The notes below the pieces were generated by a model, which did not search any database, was not told the DNA's origin, and saw only the letters and a program-made list of their open reading frames with translations. The translations under genes and the position numbers were made by a program. Shown here piece by piece: positions 32,231 through 42,535 of a stretch of DNA of 64,000 bases (the first letter of the stretch is position 1; the number at the start of each line of letters is the position of its first letter). The stretch comes from Chloroflexota bacterium. GTDB lineage: Bacteria > Chloroflexota > UBA11872 > VXNJ01. Location of the stretch: NCBI GenBank assembly GCA_965261345.1, contig OZ253449.1:2307784-2371783 (forward strand), read 5' to 3'.

Positions 32231-32745
32231 ATTCGGTCCAGTTCAATTCCGATCTGATCGCGGTGCCATCGCCCTTAAGGTCCGGCTTACCCCGCGTCCG
32301 GGTTAATACTCCTGATTTTCAGTCAGGAATCTGCCGGCTCAGTTCCTTAAATATATCGCTCGCGGGATTGGGTTTTGCGGCGTTGGGAATCGATTACATG
32401 GGTCGGCCAATACCGTCGGTCGGCCTTCTAAGGACCCTCGGCCGTTAAACACCTCCGGTCGGCCCGGGAGGCGACGAAGTCACCCAAGCGACATTTGGGT
32501 CCCTTTCAGCGGCCCATCGAACACATTTCAGCAGGCGGGCAAAGCTACTCGACATAATTGGCATTATGTTTCATAGCCGGTGTTGTTCGGGTTAAAGTCC
32601 GCACCCCTCACGGATCAAATCACCCTATGTGCATGCCTGCACCTTGACGAAATTCAGCCGGAAATGCCAACTTTTAATTGCGCGGCCATATGGTCCGCTG
32701 GGCCGACTGCGGGTTGGCGCCGTAGCGGCAAGGCCGGGCAAGAAC

Positions 32746-33525
32746 CTATGCGGCTGGGAATTGGCCGACCGGGAAGACGTCATTTATAAGCAAGGAGTTT
32801 TGATTCGGGCAGTTCGGAAGCCAGGTTCGCCGCCATTCGGCCTTTGGAATATGCATCAATAGTTCATCGGCGGACCAGACCTCCGCCTCCAGCTCGTATC
32901 GACGGTGACGGCTGATCGAAACGCCGTCGCCGGGCAACTCAAAACTGATTGGAAACGTCCCAACACCCAGCAGAGTCGTTTCAGTCACGACCGTGCGGGC
33001 ATCCGGGTCTGAAACGTCCACCAGCCGAATGCGTAACTGAGCATCGCTAGGTAGAGATTGACCCGCCATTCCCAAATGGATCATCCCGGGTAAGGACTCG
33101 ATACACCGGTCGTTTGGGTCGATTGAGACCACGAGCACATCGGTGTTGGTCGGTGCACCGCGCGTTATTACCGGGTGGACGGTGTCATTCACATACAGTA
33201 GCTCCTCTCCGAGCCTCACCTCGGCCTGCAGCGAATACTGGGCACCAGGGCGAACCTCACGAGGGTCATACGCAATCTGGAACCAGGTTGGCAATTGGCT
33301 TGCGCCGCGGATGACGTCACGCCCAAGCTCCACCGACGACGCGTCGGCGAGCGACGTATCGCGGAGCGATACGACCACAGTTGCACCGCGTGGCAGTTCG
33401 ATATCTCTATAAAACCGAACATGGCCTGCCACCGATCCGTCTCCCAACTGGTTGCACGCGAGGGTTAAGAACGCGGAGACCAAAAGCAACGCCGCTCCAA
33501 GACATAGTGCCCGTAAAGGAGTCAT
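32746..33525 (-). CDS. Putative lipoprotein with duplicated YbaY/YscW-like domains.
   Basis: Signal peptide plus lipobox MTPLRALCLGAALLLVSAFLTLAC. Two similar halves follow (VRFYRDIELPRGATVVVSLRDTSLADASS.. and AQLRIRLVDVSDPDART..). The ATG at 33525 was chosen. Confidence 0.55.
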   Translation of the reverse strand: MTPLRALCLGAALLLVSAFLTLACNQLGDGSVAGHVRFYRDIELPRGATVVVSLRDTSLADASSVELGRDVIRGASQLPTWFQIAYDPREVRPGAQYSLQAEVRLGEELLYVNDTVHPVITRGAPTNTDVLVVSIDPNDRCIESLPGMIHLGMAGQSLPSDAQLRIRLVDVSDPDARTVVTETTLLGVGTFPISFELPGDGVSISRHRRYELEAEVWSADELLMHIPKAEWRRTWLPNCPNQNSLLINDVFPVGQFPAA

Positions 33526-34346
33526 CTTTTTCGATTCAATATGGTCATAGATGGTTTTGCAGCCCATTCTGCAAAAACCGTATCTTCAGCCGCATTCGGT
33601 TACCCGTTACTGCCCGCAACCGAATTCGCATAGCTCACCAAAGCAGTCGCTTGGCGCGTTGATTTAAGGAATGCGATTTGAGCTACTTCCGGTCGCAGGC
33701 CGAAGCTTTCATGCCGGCATTCTTGCAGGCATTCCCGCGGGTGGCTGTGATCGCCCGGGTACTTCTGACCCACCTCCGCCGCTGGCGAGGGGGCCGCAGC
33801 GGCGATGTTGGCGGGCCAGTTTCTGCGCACCCGGGTACTTAAGTCCGACTGACATTCCCATCGACCTGCCGGCCATCAGCGATCGCTCTGGATTGGGAGA
33901 TAGGAGTTCAATTTGAGTCCGACACGCCTCGCCCGCACTCGATCCAAACGGGAAAGGGACGGTTGCCGCCGCGGCCCAGCAGTGCCGATCTGACCGATGC
34001 GCTCAGGTTCGACTCCGACTGTTAGCGGCTCTACCGGCCGCTCATATTCATCGACGGCGGGCCGGCTGGGCTCGTTGTGGCGACAACTGCCGACCGCGAC
34101 GACTTCGCAACGCTGGTCTTCGAGGAGAAGCTGCCGGAATTGCGGTATCGTCGCTTATGGCGAAGAGGGGAACGCAGTCAACAGAGCCGAGGCGGATTTC
34201 GGTATTGTGGTGGCGCCAAGGCATCCGAGAGCCTTCACACCGGTGGAACCGAAATAGCGAGCATTTTGCAAAATTTGCTCCCCGTGGTTCGAGCCCACAG
34301 TTCGCTGCAGTCGCTCGAACTCTTCAAAGATCAGGCTGGAACCGAC

Positions 34347-34844
34347 TCAGCAAATAGTTGAGTAGGCGTCCGGTTCAAATATGCCGTTGGCAAGCTGAAT
34401 TTCGCGGACGTAGCAGATGATATCCTCCACGTCATCCGGAGAGACGCCAGCGACGGGAGGCATGTCGCCGAAGGACCAGTGGTGTTGCTTCGTTCCCTGG
34501 CTGACCGCGTTGCGAATGCTGAAGTCCGAGTGATGGCCGGGATGATAAACGCTGTCGATTAGAGTCGGGCCCAGATTGGTCCCGGCAGCGCCCACTCCGT
34601 GGCAGACCGAGCAGTTGACATTGAACACTTCTTCGCCTGCCCGAGCCGTGTCGGACAAGACATACCCTTCCCTCAAAGCCTGTTCAGGCCCGTTCGAATC
34701 GGCAATATCGTACCCGGAGGTGCTCCCATCACCACATCCAGTCATCAAGAGCAGGACGAAGGATGCGACGAGGACATGGATCAGGAGCCTTCCAACTGAT
34801 ATTTGGCTTCTGGTCACTAACGGAGATTCCCATCGTTGAGGCAT
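34347..34844 (-). CDS. c-type cytochrome (probable lipoprotein).
   Basis: Heme-binding CSVCH, a distal ..FGDMPP.. (Met ligand region), and an N-terminal hydrophobic segment ending LLLMTGC. An alternative upstream start exists at 35021. Confidence 0.75.
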   Translation of the reverse strand: MPQRWESPLVTRSQISVGRLLIHVLVASFVLLLMTGCGDGSTSGYDIADSNGPEQALREGYVLSDTARAGEEVFNVNCSVCHGVGAAGTNLGPTLIDSVYHPGHHSDFSIRNAVSQGTKQHHWSFGDMPPVAGVSPDDVEDIICYVREIQLANGIFEPDAYSTIC

Positions 34845-35057
34845 CCACCGAGCATCCGCAAATCTTCGGATGGCCCAGCTGTGATCGCCGGATTGCAATT
34901 GACCCGTCCGGGTCGTATATTTTCCGCTCGGTTTCCCGCCGATGATGGTCTCATCCATTGGTGAGCGGTAATGGAAAGCAAAATTCAATTTCCAGCGGCC
35001 GCGGCAGCTTTTCGGGCTCAATCGAGCCGCTACCGGCCGATCCAGTCTGCCCGGGCG

Positions 35058-35918
35058 CTATCCCAATTTGCTTTTGAGAAACCCGATCACACGGTCGGCA
35101 ACCCACTCGGACTCGAATTCGCCGCCGCCGTGCCCTGAGCCTTTGAGCAGGTGAAATTCAGCGGTGTCTGGGCCGAATTTGCCCTTTAATGCTTCATGTA
35201 ACCGCACTGATTGCGGCGCCCCGATCAGCCGATCGCTGTCGCCGTGCATGATCAGGAACGGCGGTGCCGAATTGGCTTGTTCAAGGAATGAGAGGGGGCT
35301 TGCCTGATAGGCCAATGTGGGGTTTTCGTCGACCACTGCACCGATCAGGTCAGATTCAGGAGACCCGGCCTCGCCGTTCGGCGGTGATCCCCGCTCAACA
35401 CCGGTTAGGCCGATGTCATGGTCCATGTGTTCAAAGTGGATCGGACCGAACCAGTCCACCACCGCATGAATTCGCAGGGTCGGGTTATCGGATAAGGCGA
35501 TCCCCATCATTGCCGACAGGTGACCGCCGGCTGATGAACCGAACGCGGCTATCCGATCGCTATCAAATCCGTAGCGGTCAGCGTTTTCGCGTATGAACCT
35601 GCTCACATTGGTCAGGTCTTCAAGTTGGGCCGGCCAGACTGCTTGCTGACTGAGTCGGTAGTTGATGCTAACGATCGCCATTCCTGCATCCAGCAGGCGC
35701 CTTGCCAGCTTGGGTTCCCGCTTGTCCCCCAACCGAAATGCACCGCCGTGAATCCAAACGACGACCGGGTACCCACCACCTTCGCCATCCGGCAAATAGA
35801 TATCGCACACATTCCGGAGCGCGATGTCCGAATACGCGACATTGATGTGCGTCGGCGCGGGATGGCCGCTGGCGTCATGCGGCGAATCTACTGTCCGCAA
35901 TTCTTGCTCCGCACTCAT
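35058..35918 (-). CDS. Alpha/beta hydrolase (esterase/lipase, fold-3 type).
   Basis: Oxyanion VVVWIHGGAFRLGD, nucleophile elbow GSSAGGH, and a C-terminal HGDSD..GSGHG. Confidence 0.85.
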   Translation of the reverse strand: MSAEQELRTVDSPHDASGHPAPTHINVAYSDIALRNVCDIYLPDGEGGGYPVVVWIHGGAFRLGDKREPKLARRLLDAGMAIVSINYRLSQQAVWPAQLEDLTNVSRFIRENADRYGFDSDRIAAFGSSAGGHLSAMMGIALSDNPTLRIHAVVDWFGPIHFEHMDHDIGLTGVERGSPPNGEAGSPESDLIGAVVDENPTLAYQASPLSFLEQANSAPPFLIMHGDSDRLIGAPQSVRLHEALKGKFGPDTAEFHLLKGSGHGGGEFESEWVADRVIGFLKSKLG

Positions 35919-36179
35919 CTCCGGCAGTCCGAATCTGAAGATTTGTTCACATTAGATCCTGCCCGGTGACTTCGAACGCGCCTTAGGGAACGCGCCCAAA
36001 TCGAACGGCGGCCTGCGATTAATCTCCTGGGCACGCTGCGCGCGCGTTGGAACGGGCACCAAATTGCCGTCAATTGGCAGAGCAACGATTGCGCCGAGAC
36101 CGCATGTCCGCTTCAAGCAACACGATCCGATATTTGGGAATTTCAACTGCCCACGCCCCAGGGGTTCTGGGCCGATGCG

Positions 36180-36236
36180 GGATGTATTCCTCTACCGGCA
36201 ACAGCACGACGCGCACCCAAATGTCTACGGGCAGCA
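36180..36236 (-). repeat. Degenerate copy of the last ~17 codons of the M16 peptidase gene. The partner copy is at 39519-39576.
   Basis: There is a 23-nt identical core tattcctctaccggcaacagcac (36185-36207 = 39525-39547). The remainder differs by 5 substitutions and 1 indel. The minus strand reads LLPVDIWVRVVLLPVEE here, against LPVDIYVRVVLLPVEE* at the real gene end. Confidence 0.8.
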
Positions 36237-36615
36237 GGTTGCGGTCGTGCGCCGATTGGTGGCCGATCTGGACATTCCGATCCGGATCGTGGCCGTTCCC
36301 ACCGTGCGCCAAGGACGGGGCTGGCGCTGGACGCCCGCAACACCCACCTTTCCCTCGCCCAGCGGGCGGCGGCGCCTGACGCCTACCGCGCTGTTGGCAA
36401 CCCGGAACCGGTTCGGGAACCAACTTTTGTCGGCCGCCGGACTGGCGGGCTTCTGCCGCGGACTGCTTGAGGCCCAACCGGCGATCGCTGCCATCGATTA
36501 CGTGGCCACCGTTGATCCCGACACGATGGATCCGTGGGAAAGCGGGCCCTGCATGCTGGCGGTGGCGGTTCGAATCGGCAGTGTGCGCCTGATCGACAAC
36601 CGGATCCTGAACTGA
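36228..36615 (+). pseudogene. panC: Pantoate--beta-alanine ligase (panC) 3' remnant. It is 5'-truncated and frameshifted.
   Basis: QQVAVVRRLVADLDIPIRIVAVPTVR (one frame), GLALDARNTHLSLAQRAAAP (a second frame), then IDYVATVDPDTMDP..MLAVAVRIGSVRLIDNRILN* (the first frame again). The N-terminal ~150 aa of PanC are absent. Confidence 0.6.
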
Positions 36616-36746
36616 GCACCGGTCGGTCGCTGCTAACTTGACCGGGCCGACCTTAGGATTTGGCAATTGGACTAGGGCAGCGCCGACCCTGCAGATTGCG
36701 ATCGCACCCGGGCGGCGGCTGTGTGCCGCGGAGAGTGTGAACGCCG

Positions 36747-37916
36747 ATGATTACAAGGTTTGGTACCCTCTACGCCGGGCACGTCGATTTGGACGATATC
36801 GGATTGGCCGGCGTTCCGGTCAATGAACGCTGGCTGTCCGATGAACGCCTGGCCGGCGTTTTTGGCAAGACCGAGGCGATCGCCACGGTAATGGACGAGG
36901 TCGGCTACGACACTCTTTGGCTGGCCGAGCACCATTTCCAGCGCGAAGGCTACGAGTGCATCCCCAATCTGCTGCTGCTCGGCGTGCATCTGGCGCACCT
37001 GACCAAAAAGATCAAGATCGGCTGCGGCTTCAACGTCGCCCCGATGTGGAATCCGCTGCGTTTGGCCGAAGACTACGCCACCGCCGACATCCTCACCGGC
37101 GGGCGGGTCATCTTTGGAGTGGGGCGCGGCTATCACACCCGCGAGGTCGAATCCTTCGGCGCCCCGATGCTGGACCAGGATGTCAATCGCGACTTGTTCG
37201 AGGAACAGGTCGACATAGTCTTTAAGGCATTCAACAATCGCGCCTTTTCCCACCACGGCAAGGCCTACACGATTCCGCCGCGGGTCCCCTATCGTGGCTA
37301 CGAGTTAGAGGAGATCACGCTGGTGCCGCGACCGCGCACGCTGCCGGTTGAGTGCTACCAGCCGCTGGTGAGCGCCAGCCAGCGCGGGATGGACTTTATG
37401 GTCAAGCACGGGATCAAGGGCATGGTCGGCGGCGGGGCCGCGTCCGGTGGGGCGTCCGACAAAGTCGTACGGGCGTGGCGCGAAACGTTGGCCCGGGCCG
37501 GTCGCGAGACCGAGCTGGGCGCCGACCTGATCATCGGGTTCTCCTTGCATCTGGCCGATACCGAGGAAAAGGCGATTGCCGAGGCGACCAAGTTCTTCGA
37601 GGAGGACATGAAGATGTTTGCCCCGCTGGGGTTCGCCCGGGCTACCCCGGAGCAGTTGGCGGCGCTGGAAGACCCGGCGCTGATCGCTAAAACTCCGCTG
37701 CCGACGATTCGCGACGGCATCGAACGCGGTTCTTGGCTGTGCGGACCTCCAGAAATGGTCGCCGAAAAACTCATGGCCGCCCAGGATCTCTATCCCGGCC
37801 TCACGCAGATAAATATCGGCTCAGTAGTTGGTACGCCCAAGGACGTGATCCTCGAGCAGCTGCGCTGGTTCGGCAACGAGGTAATGCCCGAATTCAAGGC
37901 CCAGGCCAGCTCCTAG
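36747..37916 (+). CDS. LLM-class (luciferase-like) flavin-dependent oxidoreductase.
   Basis: GYDTLWLAEHHFQREGYECIPN..KIKIGCGFNVAPMWNPLRLAEDYATADILTGGRVIFGVGRGYH. Confidence 0.9.
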   Translation: MITRFGTLYAGHVDLDDIGLAGVPVNERWLSDERLAGVFGKTEAIATVMDEVGYDTLWLAEHHFQREGYECIPNLLLLGVHLAHLTKKIKIGCGFNVAPMWNPLRLAEDYATADILTGGRVIFGVGRGYHTREVESFGAPMLDQDVNRDLFEEQVDIVFKAFNNRAFSHHGKAYTIPPRVPYRGYELEEITLVPRPRTLPVECYQPLVSASQRGMDFMVKHGIKGMVGGGAASGGASDKVVRAWRETLARAGRETELGADLIIGFSLHLADTEEKAIAEATKFFEEDMKMFAPLGFARATPEQLAALEDPALIAKTPLPTIRDGIERGSWLCGPPEMVAEKLMAAQDLYPGLTQINIGSVVGTPKDVILEQLRWFGNEVMPEFKAQASS

Positions 37917-37918
37917 GC

Positions 37919-39042
37919 TGTCCTATTTCCGAGTACCTGCGACAGGTGAGCGCCTAATTTCGTAGGGGTCACTTAAGGCATCCTGCTGTGTTACCACACG
38001 CAGCTAAGGATTCCCGCTGTGACCCCCGAGGACACGATATACCGCTACCGCCTGCGCACTCTGGCATTGGCCAGGGAAATCGGCAGTGTAAGGGCCGCCT
38101 GCCGGGTGATGGGCATCCATCACTCGACCTATTACCGCTGGAAGTCGCAGGCCGACCGCTTCGGGGTTGACATCCTGCGACCGCGGGAGCGCCGCCGTCC
38201 GCAGATGCCGAATTCAATCTCGCTGTTGATCGAGCAGCGCATCCTGGCGTTCTCAATCGGCAATCCCGGTCTTGGTCCTGCACGGATAGCGGCCGAACTG
38301 GCCCGGCAGAAATGGGGCGGGCTAAGGGTCTCACCCTCCGGCATCTGGAGGGTGCTAAAGCGCCATGGGCTAAACACCAGGTCCAAGCGTCTGGCATTGG
38401 TGGCCGGCTATGCCGCCCCGCCCGGGCCGCAGCCACTCGAACCTGAACCCGAGCGCCACCTGGATGTTGATTACCCCGGGCAGCTGGTGCAGCTGGACTG
38501 CTTCCATATCGGAAGACTCTCCGGCACCAGAGGGACCCTGTGGCAGTACACCGCCATTGACGTGGCCTCATCCTTCGTCTGGGCCGAACTGCACACCAGT
38601 CCGCGCAATCCCTCGGCCCGATGGACATCGCGGCTGGCCCGAAGGGTGGCTAAGGACCTGGCCGCCAGGGGCTGGAAGCTGAAAGCTGTCATGACCGACA
38701 ACGGCTCCGAGTTCCGATCACACCAGTTCAGGGAGATGGTTGCCGCCCTTAGCGCCCGCCAGAAGTTCATTCATGCCGGAAGGCCCCAGACCAACGGTTG
38801 CGTCGAACGGGTCCAAGGGACCATCCTTCAGGAGTGCTGGAAGCCGGCCTTTGCCCGTTACCTGGTCCCCAAGCAAACTGGATTAAGACGCGAGTTGAAC
38901 CGTTATCTGCGCTACTACAACCGCGATCGCGCTCACACCGGCAGGTGGAACCTGGGCAGGACCCCCGAAGCGGTCATCGGCAAGGGCAGAATCTATGCTT
39001 GAGAAACAGCGGGATGTGTCGCTAGATCTCCGAAACGGGACA
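37919..39042 (+). mobile_element. IS481-family insertion sequence (1124 bp), inserted 2 bp after the LLM stop codon.
   Basis: The inverted repeats are TGTCCTATTTCCGAGTACCTGCGACA (37919-) and the reverse complement of TGTCGCTAGATCTCCGAAACGGGACA (-39042). An exact 8-bp direct repeat TCCTAGGC sits at 37911-37918 and 39043-39050, and it contains CTAG. Confidence 0.85.
38019..39002 (+). CDS. IS481-family transposase (rve integrase core).
   Basis: HTH (SVRAACRVMGIHHSTYYRW) and the DDE core (VQLDCFHIG..WQYTAIDVASSF..VMTDNGSEFRS..RPQTNGCVERVQGTI..YNRDRAHTG). Confidence 0.9.
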   Translation: MTPEDTIYRYRLRTLALAREIGSVRAACRVMGIHHSTYYRWKSQADRFGVDILRPRERRRPQMPNSISLLIEQRILAFSIGNPGLGPARIAAELARQKWGGLRVSPSGIWRVLKRHGLNTRSKRLALVAGYAAPPGPQPLEPEPERHLDVDYPGQLVQLDCFHIGRLSGTRGTLWQYTAIDVASSFVWAELHTSPRNPSARWTSRLARRVAKDLAARGWKLKAVMTDNGSEFRSHQFREMVAALSARQKFIHAGRPQTNGCVERVQGTILQECWKPAFARYLVPKQTGLRRELNRYLRYYNRDRAHTGRWNLGRTPEAVIGKGRIYA

Positions 39043-39523
39043 TCCTAGGCGCGCGGCCCTTGCCAGTCCCTGGGCCTGGAACGGGCACGCCTGGGCTATC
39101 GAGCCCTTAAAGAATGAGACCACCGCGCCGGCCAACAGCAGGAACCCGGTGCCGGTGTAGAGCAGGTTCATGCCCGCCAGGAACGCCGACCCAGCCCCGC
39201 TGTCAGCACTGGAATCGACCGTGGCTGAGGTCGGGAGCAAACCCCATCGCCGCCATCATGCCGACGCTCTGAGTGATCGGGGCGCCGTTGATCAATGCCA
39301 GCGGAGTCGATTCAGAGACCCGCGAAATCGTATACATTCCGGCAGCGGTGCGCCGTCACCCAACCCTCCAAACGGCGTGCGCCCTCGACCGGACGCCCGA
39401 TTCCCGCAAATAGAGCGGTCAACGTTGGTTCCGGGACTGAATGTCTACCTCAGAATGCACGATCTCGACGTCTTGGAATCGCCAGTCAATCGCAGCAGCG
39501 GGCCTCTAAACGCAATCTGGATG

Positions 39524-42500
39524 CTATTCCTCTACCGGCAACAGCACTACACGCACATAAATGTCGACGGGCAGCACGCGTAGAGCAACGGCCTCAATCT
39601 CAGAAATCGTCACCGCTTCCAAACGCTCCTCGAATTCGCCAAATTGCGAGACTGGCTCTTCTCGTTGCGACGCATTCAGGATCTGTCTCAGCCAATAGCC
39701 GTTTTCGCGCAACTGTTCCTCGCGCGAGGAGAGGAATTGCTCCTTGACCGTATCCAGGTACTCCATTTCACCGCCGGCGCGCAGCCACGCGATCTCCTCC
39801 AGCACAACCGCAAGCAATTCATCGGTGCGCGTGGGATCACTTCCAAAAACGATTGATACCTGGTATTCGGGATCGGGCAAGCGGCTGCGGCTCGCGTTTA
39901 CCTGAACGCTGTAAGTTCCGCCGAGGTCTTCACGAACTCTCTCGCGCAGTCGAATCCCCAGCATCTCGCCCGCAACAGAGAGCGCCAGCGCTTCCTGTCG
40001 GCTAAATTCGGCCTTGCCAGCGAACACCAGCACCGTTGCGGCGCGCGGTTCAATACCGCTGCGGACGACATGGTCCTCCAGTCCGGTCGGCGGGTCGATC
40101 CCGACATCGCGCCACTGCTCGACATCGCCTATGGAAGGAAGGCTTGCCAGGTACGTTTCCGTAAGCGAACGCAAGTTATCCCAATCGAAGGCGCCCACGA
40201 ATACAAACGTCGAATCACCCAGATTTTGGAATCGGTCAGAATACACCGATTCCACCCGGCCGGCATCCAGCTCGGCAAGCGTTTCCACCGTCAGTGGACG
40301 CTCCCGAAAGTGGCTTTGGCTGAGCACGGTGCCAACTCTGTCAAATAGAACCGAGTCGGGGTCGGCGGCGCGGGCTTCGGCAACGCTTTGCAGGCTCGCT
40401 TCGTATCTGGAAAAGTAGGCTGGATCCAGTCGCGGCTGAGTCGCGTAGAGAGTTATCAATTGGAAAAGGGTTTCAAGATCCTGCGGCGAGGCGCCGCCAC
40501 TGAATCCCTCGAACAGCTCCCCGATGTAGGGGGACACCGAAACTCTTTTGCCGGCCAGCAGCTTGTCGAGCGCGACACTGTCGTGCAGGCCAACTCCGCT
40601 GCCGGAAACTATCGCGTCCGCGTATTGCGCCGACACATGGTCATCATCGTCCACCAGCGAGTGTCCGCCGGGGCTATAGGAGCTAAACGCCACTTCATCG
40701 TTACGGAAGTCGGTTTGCTTGGCGATAACCGTGATGCCGTTGGATAACGTCCACCGCACCGCATCGATAGATTCGAGTTGCTCTTCCTTGGTTATGCTTC
40801 CTGGGACTGGCGGGTTCGCCAGCAACGGAATGTCGTCGAGGGAGTCCTCAAAGGGGTCAAGGTCAAGCGTGCTGCCGGCTTGGATCTGCGTTAGTAAAGT
40901 CGTGGCCAATTCGCCATCGGTGATGGAGCCTTCAGTCACGGGGCGAACAACCAGGAGTGCCGTATCTTCAAGTTGGGTCCAGGATTCTTTGAGCGCGTCG
41001 AAGTCCGCAAGGTCGATCTGGGGCAGCAGTTCCTGGTACAACTCCCACTCGGCCGCGATTCCCGGCGCCGGTATGCCGCTGAGGAAATGGACCGTGTATT
41101 CATCGGCCAGGCTTGCCGACGGAATCTGGTCGCGTTGCTTGTACGCACTTTCAACCGCCCGCAGAAGCGTGATCTTCTCGCGCGCCAATTCGGTGTCGGT
41201 AAAACCGTGCAAGCGAACTCGGTGCATCTCTTCGAGCACCGCCTCCAGACCCCGCTCAACCCCATCCTGCTCGACCCACCCCGAAAACGTCAGGATGTCC
41301 AGGGATTCCACGAACGGTAATCGTCCCGCCCCCGCCTGCAGGTAAGGCGGATCCACCACCTGGGCCCGCTCGAACAGGCGTGCATTGAGCATCATGAAGG
41401 CCAGTTGTTCCACCACGTAACGTTTAAAGGACACTAGGCCCTGACCGCTGTCGGGGCGCAGCTTTCGGATCAAGATGAACTGGGTGCCGGGCGATTCGGG
41501 ATCGGTGAAAACTTCGATCTGCGGAATATCGTGGCTGGGAACATCAATTCGAGGCCGGTCGGTAGGGCCCCCGACCGCGGCGCGATCCTGGCTGGCCTGC
41601 CCCTCCGGCGGCGGCGCAAAGTGCTGCTCAATCTTGCTTTTGATTACAGCAGGGTCAAAGTCTCCAACTGCGATGAGCGCCATCTGATCAGGCCTGTACC
41701 AGCGTTCGTAGTAATCGCGCAACCTTTGGACGGGCGCAGTTTCAATGACCGATGTCAAACCAATCGGGGCGCGCTGAGCATAGCGCGAGGAACCAAATAG
41801 CAGCATTAAAAAGTTGTCTTGGATGCGTGAAGAAAAGCCCTGGCTCAGTCGCCACTCTTCCAGGACCACGCCCCGCTCCAATTCGACCTCCTCCGGTTCA
41901 AAGGCAATTGCGAAGGCCCAATCGCTCAGGATCTGAAACGCGGTCTCGGTGATCTCGGGGTCATAGGTCGGAATCTCAATCCAGAAAAGGGTGTCGTCAA
42001 AGCCGGTGCGGGCGTTGATGTCGGGGCCGAAGGTGCCGCCGACGGATTCAAGGTACTCGACGATTTCCTGCTTGGCGAAGCGCTCCGTCCCGTTGAACGC
42101 CATGTGCTCGACGAAGTGAGCCAGTCCGCGCTGGTCCTCGTCTTCGTGAACCGAACCGCCTTTGACGACAAGGAGAAACTCGGCCCTTTCACGTGGTTCC
42201 ACGTTTTTTTTGATGTAGTAGGAAACGCCATTGGAAAGGGTGCCACGGACGACGGTGGGGTCAAATGGGAGGGGTGGGCCCACCTCGAGCTCCGGGACGA
42301 TTACGGAGGCGGGTGTCGGGCTCGGTGCGGGTTCGGGCTGGACCGGAGCTGGAGTCGGACTCGCCGTCGGCGCAGGAGTTGCCGGTGCGGCGGTTGCGGT
42401 GGGCGCCGGACTTGCAGTCGGCGTGGGCGAGGGTGTCGAATCCGGTTCCGGATCGCAGGCGACCAAGGCAATCAGCACGAGCACGGACAGAATTGCGGCC

Positions 42501-42535
42501 AATGCCGACTTTAGATTCGCCCCGGTTGGATTCAT
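39524..42535 (-). CDS. M16-family (pitrilysin/insulinase-like) zinc metallopeptidase, a double-unit 1003-aa lipoprotein.
   Basis: Signal peptide plus lipobox LVLIALVAC, a Pro/Thr/Ala-rich linker, and the inverted zinc motif HFVEHMAFNGT (HxxEH). The second M16 unit lies in the C-terminal half. Confidence 0.9.
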   Translation of the reverse strand: MNPTGANLKSALAAILSVLVLIALVACDPEPDSTPSPTPTASPAPTATAAPATPAPTASPTPAPVQPEPAPSPTPASVIVPELEVGPPLPFDPTVVRGTLSNGVSYYIKKNVEPRERAEFLLVVKGGSVHEDEDQRGLAHFVEHMAFNGTERFAKQEIVEYLESVGGTFGPDINARTGFDDTLFWIEIPTYDPEITETAFQILSDWAFAIAFEPEEVELERGVVLEEWRLSQGFSSRIQDNFLMLLFGSSRYAQRAPIGLTSVIETAPVQRLRDYYERWYRPDQMALIAVGDFDPAVIKSKIEQHFAPPPEGQASQDRAAVGGPTDRPRIDVPSHDIPQIEVFTDPESPGTQFILIRKLRPDSGQGLVSFKRYVVEQLAFMMLNARLFERAQVVDPPYLQAGAGRLPFVESLDILTFSGWVEQDGVERGLEAVLEEMHRVRLHGFTDTELAREKITLLRAVESAYKQRDQIPSASLADEYTVHFLSGIPAPGIAAEWELYQELLPQIDLADFDALKESWTQLEDTALLVVRPVTEGSITDGELATTLLTQIQAGSTLDLDPFEDSLDDIPLLANPPVPGSITKEEQLESIDAVRWTLSNGITVIAKQTDFRNDEVAFSSYSPGGHSLVDDDDHVSAQYADAIVSGSGVGLHDSVALDKLLAGKRVSVSPYIGELFEGFSGGASPQDLETLFQLITLYATQPRLDPAYFSRYEASLQSVAEARAADPDSVLFDRVGTVLSQSHFRERPLTVETLAELDAGRVESVYSDRFQNLGDSTFVFVGAFDWDNLRSLTETYLASLPSIGDVEQWRDVGIDPPTGLEDHVVRSGIEPRAATVLVFAGKAEFSRQEALALSVAGEMLGIRLRERVREDLGGTYSVQVNASRSRLPDPEYQVSIVFGSDPTRTDELLAVVLEEIAWLRAGGEMEYLDTVKEQFLSSREEQLRENGYWLRQILNASQREEPVSQFGEFEERLEAVTISEIEAVALRVLPVDIYVRVVLLPVEE

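Noticed and set aside
36070-36666. A 198-aa minus-strand ORF.
   Set aside because: It is mostly antisense to the panC remnant. Only its LLPVDIWVRVVLLPVEE segment is meaningful, and that is reported separately as a relic of the M16 peptidase 3' end.
37969-38628. A 219-aa minus-strand ORF.
   Set aside because: It is antisense to the IS481-family transposase and is Arg/Pro-rich.
39022-39240. A 72-aa hydrophobic minus-strand ORF next to the IS481 right end.
   Set aside because: It overlaps the IS terminus and target duplication, it has no recognisable family, and its start depends on IS sequence. It is probably spurious or a disrupted relic.
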